NCBI GenBank assembly: GCA_951406725.2
Contig: OX597832.1
Span: 57,350,001-57,414,000, forward strand
Length of the DNA stretch: 64,000 nucleotides
DNA from: Octopus vulgaris
Lineage: Eukaryota
Direction: 5' to 3'
In this document: positions 12,191 through 23,906 of the stretch, piece after piece
How positions within the stretch are numbered: position 1 is the first letter of the stretch
Layout: every line of letters starts with the position of its first letter
Position numbers and translations under genes: made by a program
Notes under the pieces: model-generated
The model's input: only the letters and a program-made list of their open reading frames with translations
Told to the model about the DNA's origin: nothing
Database searches by the model: none

Positions 12191-13554
12191 CTCTCTATAT
12201 ATATGTATAAAATTTAGGGAAAAACCACTATTAAACAATTCAATAAAGAAAGATGTTATTTACACCATATAGAAAACATATACTATAAAAAAAACCTTAC
12301 TTTAAAACAATAAAGTACAATAAATAGTAATTAGTAGTAAAAAGACTACACATGTTTCATGGCTATATTTCCAAGTAGATAATAATAATAAAATCAATTC
12401 GATTCAAAATTAAATCGAACTAAAATTAATTCTATTTAAAAATATAGTCACTTATCAGGTCTAAGATAATAAATAATAAAAAATAATAATAGAATAAATG
12501 TACTTATCTTAACTTATACTAATTATCAAATAAATATATAAAAATATGTGTATTAACTATAAATAATCGAAAAACATTTAATGATATTGCTTAAAATAAA
12601 AATATTACTTATCTTTTCGAAGGATTTCCGTTAACTCAGATGTTTAATTATGTTTTGGAATTATATTCCCTACTATTATTATTATTATCATCATTATTAT
12701 TATTACTATTATTATTATCATTAATTTTATTATATATATATATATATATAAGTGTGTGTATGTATGTTTTGGTTTTTGTGAGGAATGATGTGTCATGGCA
12801 TTAAATTTATTCCACTGCTTTTGTGAGTGCATATAAACCACTTTATTTATCATAATTTGGTTGAAAATTTCCATGAATAATTAGTACAAAATTTCAAATG
12901 GCATATTCCATAATTAAAAATCTGATATTTGCTTTCACAAGAAAAAGAAATGTTAATTGACTAATTAATTATGCAGAAAAATTAGTTAAAAACTTACAGA
13001 TTACTACTTGTTCTTGAAAATGCTTAATTAAACAAAACCAGAAAAAAAAAATTGAATTAATTTTTTGACATGTTTATTGTTATGTGTTCCCACAATGGTA
13101 ATTTCTGCTTGTTTTGCTTCAATTACATTTAATTAATTGTAAAAATAATTTTTGCAGTATGTCATAGAGATTTAAACGGTTGCCATAGACTGTGTTCTTG
13201 GTAGTCTCTTGAGTCCAAGACAGATGGCTCTGCAATATCATGCTGAATAACCTGCACGGATGATTTGTTTATAGTGATCAAATGTTTGTGTCTCACATTA
13301 GCTCACATCCTCCATCAGATCAACGTGGCCTGCACTGGGCCCATGGTGTGCCACATGTCAGATGTCAAAGTCGTTGCAGAGTGACATGAGATGAAGTGTT
13401 TTATTCAAGAACGCAATGCACTGCCTGGTCACGGAATCAAAACCAAGGTCTCGCACTCGTAGACAGTGTATGGGACTCTGAAAGGGTGCATGTTATCTTG
13501 GGGTCTGTTTAAGCTGTATCACAGGAAAATATACATTGCATTTTCGAGGGTTAT

Positions 13555-13950
13555 ATCATTTATCGTTGCTTCAGTCATTGGACTGTGGCCATGCTGGAGC
13601 ACCATTTTGAAGGGTTTAGTCAAACAAATTAACCCCGGTACTTATGTATTGTTTTCATTTTATCTGATACTTATTCTGTTAGTCTCTATTGCTGAACTGC
13701 TAAGTTATGGAGATGTACACAAACAACACCAGTTGTCAATTGGTGGGAGTGGGTCACACACAAACACACACACACGTGCACGTACCATGTGACGAACTTC
13801 TGCACAGTTTCCATCTGCCAAATTCATTCATACAGCATTAGATATGAGGCAGTATGGGATTATAGAAGAAGACGCTTCCTAAGGTATTGCATGGTGGGTC
13901 TGAAACTGAAAACACAACATTTCAAAGCAAGCTTCTTAACTGCACAGGTA
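13555..13950 (-). mobile_element. SINE family A copy, diverged
   Basis: Reverse complement of the family A tail (ttcagtcattggactgtggccatgctggagcacc) and body. Confidence 0.7.
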
Positions 13951-14092
13951 TGCCTGTACTTCCTTCGAAAGAAAATTCTAATTTTGGTTAATAAGGCTAT
14001 TAACCCTTTTTTTTTTATTGCACTTTTGCAACAGACTGGGCATTTACATTTTAGACTTGTGATGTCAAAGAGTTTTGGCTTTGTGAACCAAA

Positions 14093-14320
14093 TGAACTCT
14101 TCAGCATTCAGTGTACTCGTTAAATTTAATACTCATTTATTCACATTGTTTTGAATTAATCATGCATTATCTTGTAGCTTTGAGATTTCAATAATATGAT
14201 AGCTTATTTTTAGAGTGACATTGTAGGGTAGGTGTGAGAGGCTGGATCTGGCTAGTTTGAACCTAAAACAGGTAGATTATTTGGGCTGGTTACAACTGGT
14301 TTAAATGCTAAAGTGTTAAC
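14093..14320 (+). mobile_element. Second TTAA-type MITE abutting the array
   Basis: Degenerate TIR pair aactcttcagcatt / aatgctaaagtgttaa; shares its TTAA with the first array unit. Confidence 0.45.
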
Positions 14321-15500
14321 CCTTTAATTACCAACCCGGCTGAAACTGTCACTGGCTCTGTAGTATAAATGTCTTGTTTTCATAAGTTTTGAATTAAAAT
14401 CTTCCACCAAACCTTAGTCACAATTTATGTTCCTAACACTAGCTGAATGATAACTAAATTATTTTACTAAATTCTTTGTTATATTTGAAGTAATTGGAAG
14501 AAACACAGAGCATCTCAAAAGAAACATGGTAACAAAAGGGTTAAAATATGTAATAGAGAAACAATTCTTAACCCTTTTGATACCAACCTGGCTGAAACTG
14601 GCTCTGGCTCTGTAGTACAAATGTCTTGTTTTCAAAAGTTCTGAATAAAAATCTTCCACCAAACCTTAGTTACAATTTATGTTCCTGGCACAAGCTGAAT
14701 AATAGCTGAGTTATTTTACTAAATTCCTTGTTATATTTAAAATTAATTGAAAGAAACGCAAAGCATCTCAACAGAAATATGGTAACAAAAGGGTTAAAAT
14801 ATATAATAGAGAAACAATTCTTAACCCTTTTGATACCAACCCAGCTGAAACTGGCTCTGTTGTACAAATGTCTTGTTTTCAAAAGTTCTGAATAAAAATC
14901 TTCCACCAAACCTTAGTCACAATTTATGTTCTTAACACTAGCTTAACGATAACCAGGTTATTTTACTAAATTCCTTGTTATATTTAAAATTAATTGAAAG
15001 AAACGCAAAGCATCTCAACAGAAATATGGTAACAAAAGGGTTAAAATATATAATAGAGAAACAATTCTTAACCCTTTTGATACCAACCCAGCTGAAACTG
15101 GCTCTGTTGTACAAATGTCTTGTTTTCAAAAGTTCTGAATAAAAATCTTCCACCAAACCTTAGTCACAATTTATGTTCTTAACACTAGCTTAACGATAAC
15201 CAGGTTATTTTACTAAATTCCTTGTTATATTTAAAATTAATTGAAAGAAACGCAAAGCATCTCAACAGAAATATGGTAACAAAAGGGTTAAAATATATAA
15301 TAGAGAAACAATTCTTAACCCTTTTGATACCAACCCAGCTGAAACTGGCTCTGTTGTACAAATGTCTTGTTTTCAAAAGTTCTGAATAAAAATCTTCCAC
15401 CAAACCTTAGTCACAATTTATGTTCTTAACACTAGCTTAACGATAACCAGGTTATTTTACTAAATTCTTTGTTTTATTTTATAATTAATTGAAAGTAACA
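14317..15500 (+). mobile_element. Tandem array of a TTAA-flanked (piggyBac-like) MITE, four full and one partial copy, ~247-253 bp period
   Basis: Units start TTAA-CCCTTTTGATACCA and end TGGTAACAAAAGGG-TTAA (~15-bp TIR) with a 23-nt spacer; starts at ~14317, 14568, 14821, 15068 and 15315. Confidence 0.85.
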
Positions 15501-16080
15501 CAGACAAATATTCCTAAAAACCTTATTCATGATGTTGGCCAGAGTAAATGGATAAAAGGTGTTAATATACTTTATAACAACTTTATTAACAATAAAAGAA
15601 AGAACATGAACTTTTGCAAAGTTTGTGTGCAGAGATATATGGGAAAAATTCGTCCTTATAGTGAGAAGAACAGGGATAGAAATTGTCCAGATAAATGCAT
15701 ACAACTTTTGAGAAGGCCAATACTTGATAAAATTCTCAGTATGTATAGACTAAGTGCAAGGGAAAGAAGTCACATCTGTCAGCATATGAATTTATAAGTT
15801 TCTTTTTTATTGGTTGAAACAACAAAAGATTCTTTAACTTTCACTGATTTGACTAATCAGAAACCAGTGTTATTCACAACTCTAGTCAGGTTCCAATTCT
15901 GAATACATGCTAGTGATTTATATTTGACAGACTATTTTAAAATTTACAAATAATAATAATATATTTTCATATTGAAACTAAGTCAGGAATTGAACCAATC
16001 ATTGCTGTGACTGGATGTTGGACACTCCTGTTTTTGACTGTGCAGCTACACCATGTTTACATTGGTTTCATTTCCAATCA

Positions 16081-18608
<2,528 letters not shown>

Positions 18609-19628
18609 AGCCACGCAGAGAGCCACGATCACAAGTTATGCAGACGATACAAAAGTTTCACAGGCAATACAGAACCCTGAGGACACTAAACACCTGCAAT
18701 GTGAGCTGGACGAAATATACAAGTGGGCTAAAAACAATAGCATGCAGTTCAATGCTGGAAAGTTTCAAGCTTTATACTATCAGCATGCAAAACTGAATGC
18801 AATACCCAATGAATACCCTGGACCCGGAGGGATTGCAATCCCAGAGGCACAATCAGTGCGTGACCTGGGTATTCACATGAGTGATGACGCGACCTTTCAT
18901 GTACATGTTGCTAAACTGACAATGAAATGTAGACGGCTGGCTGGATGGATTCTTAGAACCTTTAGAACAAGAGAACAAGAAACCATGATGGTCCTCTGGA
19001 AGACACTTGTCCTAAGCCACTTTGACTATTGCTCTCAGCTATGGTCACCATCCAGTGTCAAGTTGATCACAGAACTTGAGGCGATCCAACGAAGCTACAC
19101 AAAGAAGATAGCCTCTATGCAGAATGTAAGCTACTGGGAAAGACTCAAGAGATTAAAATTATATTCCCTGGAGCGTAGGCGGGAAAGATATACCATAATA
19201 TACATCTGGAAGATCCTGGAGGGAAGTGTCCTGAACTTTGGCATCGAGAGTTACGCAAATGCCAGAACTGGGCGCACTGCGTGGTGCCTAGGACTCCAAA
19301 CCTGCCATCAAGATGTAGGACAAGATTCTGTGATAGCCTGGGCTTCCGAGGCCCACAGCTCTTCAATATCCTCCCGAAGAACCTGAGAGACCTGCATGGG
19401 GTGGATACAGATGTCTTTAAAATGAAGCTGGATCTCTTCCTGTCAGGTGTCCCAGATGAACCAACTTCACGGCAGGAGGGGCAGATGAGGGCAGCTGCAT
19501 CGAACTCTCTCATGCACCAAATAGCAGTTGCTAGAAAGCCTCCATGAAGTGAAACCAAGTAGCAACACCAAATGGCGGTGCCCCAGCATGGCCACAGCTC
19601 ATAGGCTGAAACTAGAATCAATCAATCA
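18609..19628 (+). mobile_element. CR1-like LINE 3' fragment (RT C-terminus, 3' UTR, (ATCA)n tail)
   Basis: [43 protein letters not shown]; frameshift near 19280; ends ggcggtgccccagcatggccacagctcataggctgaaactagaatcaatcaatca. Confidence 0.85.
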
Positions 19629-19833
19629 TGTATATGTTTATTTATATATATTTTTATTTATATATGTATATGTATATATATGTATATGTATATATATATG
19701 TATATGTATATATATGTATATGTATATATATGTATATGTATGTATATGTATATGTATGTATATGTATATATATGTATATGTATATATGTATATGTATATA
19801 TATGTATATGTATATATGTATATGTATATATGT

Positions 19834-19885
<52 letters not shown>

Positions 19886-19920
19886 GTATGTATATATATG
19901 ATTGGAAATATATATATATA

Positions 19921-20308
19921 GGCACAGGAGTGGCTGTGTGGTAAGTAGCTTGCTAACCAACCACATGGTTCCGGGTACAGTCCTACGGCATGGCACCTTG
20001 GGCGAGTGTCTTCTACTATAGCCTCGGGCCAACCAAAGCCTTGTGAGTGGATTTGGTAGATGGAAACTGAAAGAAGTCCATCGTATATATTTGTGTGTGT
20101 GTTTGTGTGTCTGTGTTTGTCCCCCCACCATCACGTGACAACCGATACTGGTGTGTTTATGTCCCTGTAATTTAGCGGTTTGGTAAAAGGGACCGATAGA
20201 ATAAATATTAGGCTTACAAAGAATAAGTCCTGGGGTCAATTTGCTCGACTAAAGGCAGTGCTCCAGCATGGCCGTAGTCAAATGACTGAAACAAGTAAAG
20301 GAATAAAA

Positions 20309-20311
<3 letters not shown>
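19921..20311 (+). mobile_element. SINE family A, full-length copy
   Basis: Complete head-to-tail copy flanked by (TA)n. Confidence 0.9.
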
Positions 20312-20346
<35 letters not shown>

Positions 20347-20581
20347 AGATGAGAAAATAAAGAGGTAATTAATAAATTATTATTTATTAATTAAAAAATT
20401 GACAATTTATTAATTACCTGTCTATTTTGTCATGTTATTTTAATAAATAAAATATTTATAAACCATGGTTTATATAATTATGTTGCAGTTGAGTTTTAAA
20501 TATAATGTCCAATGCTCTTCGTATAGGTAATTAACCAGTACTTTAATTGTTCTTCTGTTGTATCTATGTGTGTGTGCCTAT

Positions 20582-20855
20582 ATCATCATCATCATCATTT
20601 AACGTCTGCTTTCCATGGTAGCATGGGTTGGACGATTTGACAGGTCTGGCGAACCAGACTCCAATCTGATCTGGCAGAGTTTCTACAGCTGGATGCCCTT
20701 CATAACGTCAACCACTCCGAGAGTGTAGTGGGTGCTTTTACGTGCCACCGGCATGAGGGCCAGTTTGGTGGTACTGGCAACGGCCATGCCCAAATGGTGC
20801 TTTTTACGTGCCACCTGCACAGGAGCCAGTCCAGCGGCACTGGTGATGACATCGC
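20582..20855 (-). mobile_element. RTE 3'-end fragment (same 3' end also at ~29900-30237, 32255-32520, 59865-59985 and 60280-60500)
   Basis: Shares cacccactacactc..ggagtggttg..gggcatccagc..ccatgc.agcatgga..gacgttaaatgatgatg with the RTE at 7260-7455. Confidence 0.8.
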
Positions 20856-21002
20856 TTGAATATATATATATATCAGCCAAAATTGCGAGGATGATCCGGT
20901 TCTTGACTGAAGATTAGAGGCTTCGAATGACCCGTCCGTTTTTTGTATCATCTATTTGTATGTTTTGCGTTCTTATCCCATTTTGTATTTTTTATATATA
21001 TT

Positions 21003-21033
<31 letters not shown>

Positions 21034-21632
21034 ATGTCTGTATCGTTTTAGGCTAGAGTCAAATATTTGAACCTGCATATTCTTACCTAAGATAGTAATG
21101 TTCGCTTAGGCACAGAGATGCTTAAATTCTTCCCAGACATGCCTTATGTATGTAGAACATATAGTTAAGCATTGGTTATTATGCTTGATATAGTTAAATA
21201 AAGGTATTTTCTAATCAGTTGAAATTATGACTGTAATGACATAAAGCCCTCCCCACAAAAATTCAGTCTTTAATGAAAATTCTTGTCTAGAAAGTCATGG
21301 GAGAGAACTCTGAAGTGGAAATTGATTAAAAATTAAAGGAAAACCCTGAATGGTCAGTGAATCCAATCTTTTGAAGGTACACTGACAGTGTTGGATCTGC
21401 CAAATTTTTAGTATTTGATAAAATAATTGAAAAACTTGCCATCACATCTGGAAAAAAATTATATTTAAAAAAGAAAAATCTACAATAATTTTGTAATTTG
21501 TCTTTCTTTTCTTCCTCTGAATAATAATGGCTAAATGTAATAACGAAGAAATTTTTTTAGAAAACATTTTCTTTGAATTACTGTTTTATTTCCATAATTT
21601 TTAATTGTTAAATTTCCTCATTTGTTTTCCAG

Positions 21633-21770
21633 ATTTGGAATTCCTATGGAGTTATTATGTATTCCAGTGCTGCCTATGACTATCCGATAACTTCTTTAGC
21701 CTGGAATCCTAGTGGAGAACTGTTTGTTGTTGGTTCCTTCAGCAGTCTTCGACTCTGTGATCGCAGCGGG
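21633..21770 (+). CDS. IFT80: Internal coding exon of intraflagellar transport protein 80 (WD40 repeat region)
   Basis: Polypyrimidine tract tttgttttccAG precedes 21633 and GTAAAG follows 21770; 138 nt, phase 0/0. Translation IWNSYGVIMYSSAAYDYPITSLAWNPSGELFVVGSFSSLRLCDRSG aligns without gaps to my recollection of vertebrate IFT80 ([46 protein letters not shown]). Confidence 0.9.
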
Positions 21771-21960
21771 GTAAAGTCTTTTATTACTTGCTTTAAATAC
21801 AGAATTAACGATGCCATTAACACTTCAATTGCAGTGAATTAATTACTCTTACTTGTTGTAAATAGCTGGAAACAGTTCTTTTACCAAACATTCCACAAGA
21901 AAACTCCCACCCCTTAATATCAAATATTACAGTTTTATTTAAAATATTACAAATCTCAGT

Positions 21961-22401
21961 GCAGGCATGGCTGTGTGGTTAAGAAGTTTGCTTCCCAAGC
22001 ATGCAAGTTGGGTTCAGTCCCATTGCGTGGCTCCTTGGGCAAGTGTTGTCTTCTATAACCTCAAGCTGATCAATGCCCTTGTGAATGAAAAGTGGCGCAG
22101 GCCCGCCAATACTTGCACTGGCCACAGTTGTCATCTTTCGGGAATTTACGGGACGGACCACGTCGCCGTATCGACCGCGTGTATCTCGTGATATCCTTCC
22201 GGCATCGGTTGCGGGTACGTCCACGTGTACGTGGGCGATACCGTGAGCTTAGGAACCGTAGCCGGACCCGAGTTGTTTTCCAAAAGCATCTCAACCTCAA
22301 GGCACATGCCTTAGCTCGGCGTTCCCCGTCCGCCCGTCGCGTTCGCGCGGCGAGCGGCAGCGTCGCCGGCGGAATTGCCATTCGGGGACACTGAAACAAG
22401 T
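21961..22401 (+). mobile_element. SINE family A copy whose body is replaced by an unrelated GC-rich block
   Basis: Head present 21961-22089 (..cccttgtgaatga); tail motif actgaaacaagt resumes at ~22390; the intervening ~300 nt have no SINE similarity. Confidence 0.75.
22091..22390. other. Compositionally foreign GC/CpG-rich segment of unknown origin
   Basis: Hand count 184/300 G+C (~61%) and ~40 CpG in an AT-rich, CpG-poor window; sharp boundaries. Confidence 0.85.
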
Positions 22402-22407
22402 CTTTTA

Positions 22408-22773
22408 GGCACAGAAGTGGCTGTGTGGTAATTAGCTTGCTTACCAGCCACATGGTTCCTGGTTCAGTCCCACTGTGTGGAACCTTGGGCAAGTGTCTTC
22501 TACTATAGCCTCAGGTCAACCAAATCCTTGTGAGGGGATTTGGTAGAGGGAAACTGAAAGAAGCCTGCTGTGTCTGTTTGTCCCCCGCTACCATTGCTTG
22601 AAATCGATGTTGGTGTGTTTACATCCCTGTATCTTAGCAGTTTGGAAAAAGAAACTGATAGAATAAGTACTAGGCTTACAAAGAATAAGTCCTGAGGTTG
22701 ATCTGTTCGATTAAAGTCAGTGCTCCAGCATGGCCACAGTCAAATGACTGAAACAAATAAAAGAATAAAAGAA
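22408..22773 (+). mobile_element. SINE family A, full-length copy
   Basis: Head-to-tail match to the 19921-20311 copy. Confidence 0.9.
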
Positions 22774-22799
22774 TATATTATGCATGTGTGTGTGTTTTC

Positions 22800-22930
22800 T
22801 TTTTTAGTATTCTCATTTGTGAGAGCAGTTGAGTTTATTTCAGATACTCTCATTTTAAAAATCATCTCTGGCTAATCATTGAGAGGACATTGGTGTTGCC
22901 TTGGTGGAGGTTTGTGCTCTCTGATTGCTC

Positions 22931-22991
<61 letters not shown>

Positions 22992-23345
22992 CATTATTAC
23001 CTCTGCCTTAGCGAAGGTGGAGGTATTGTTTCAGTTGTGTTTGTTTGTTTGTTTGTCTGTGGACAAGATGGCTCAAGAACTGCTGGATGGATTTGGATGA
23101 AACATTCAGGGATATTTGGCCTTGTGACTGGCACAAACTGATTAGATTTTGTGATCGATCCAGTACTGGACAAGGATTCTGGATTATTTTTCCTGCTTTT
23201 TAACTTAATGTTTGAGAGCGTACGGGTTCATTTTTAGTATTCTTGTTTGTGAGAGCAGTTGTTTTAAAAATCATCTCTGGCTAATCGCTGAGAGGAGATT
23301 GGTGTTTCCTTGGTGGAGGTTTGTGCTCTCTGAGTGCTCTTGTTA
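22800..23345 (+). mobile_element. Helentron/HINE (DINE-1-like) non-autonomous element plus an upstream partial copy of its 3' end
   Basis: 22997 ttacctctgcc..ggtggaggta subterminal inverted motif, (GTTT)n/GTCT tract, 3' ccttggtggaggtttgtgctctctgagtgctc stem-loop; the 3' part is repeated at 22800-22935. Confidence 0.6.
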
Positions 23346-23671
23346 TTATTGTTTTTGCCACTTACACCTTGGTGGGGCATCAGTTTTTGATGTATAGAAT
23401 GTAGATTTGATGTAAGGCTAACAGTTGTTTTGCCTTCTTTTAGCTTTAGTGTATTTATATCTAAATTGCTGCTGGTAAACAAACAGACCTGACTTGGCAC
23501 TGCAGCTTTTGAGCAAAATTCCTTACTTGCCATTGCAGGCTTTACAGATTCATTCCATTTTACAGGTGAGATTCATCATAAAAGATAAATAAATAGCAAC
23601 AATGAAGAGATGGGTCAGTGGTTGCTTCATTTACTAGAAATAGCTGCCAAGTACCTTATATCAAACTCTTC

Positions 23672-23906
23672 TTATTTCTTTATTGCCCACAAGGGGCTAA
23701 ACATAGAGGGAGACAGACAAGGACAGATAAAGGGATTAAGTCAATTACATCAACCCCAGTACGTAACTGGTACTTAATTTATCGACCCCAAAAGGATGAA
23801 AGGCTAAGTTGACTTTGGCGGAATTTGAACTCGGAACGTAACGGCAGACGAAATACTACTAAGCATTTTGCCTGGCATGCTAACATTTCTACCAGCTCGC
23901 CGCCTT
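23672..23906 (-). mobile_element. tRNA-derived SINE family B with target-site duplication
   Basis: Reverse complement of ggcggcgagctggtagaa..gagttcaaattcc..; tatcaaactcttct flanks both sides. Confidence 0.85.

Noticed and set aside
14317-15500. Regularly spaced repeats as a CRISPR array or repeated ORF
   Set aside because: Units are ~247 bp with near-identical spacers and TIR/TTAA ends; no cas genes; eukaryotic context.
19921-20000. SINE heads as tRNA genes
   Set aside because: A/B-box-like motifs are present but no clean cloverleaf, and each continues into the SINE body.
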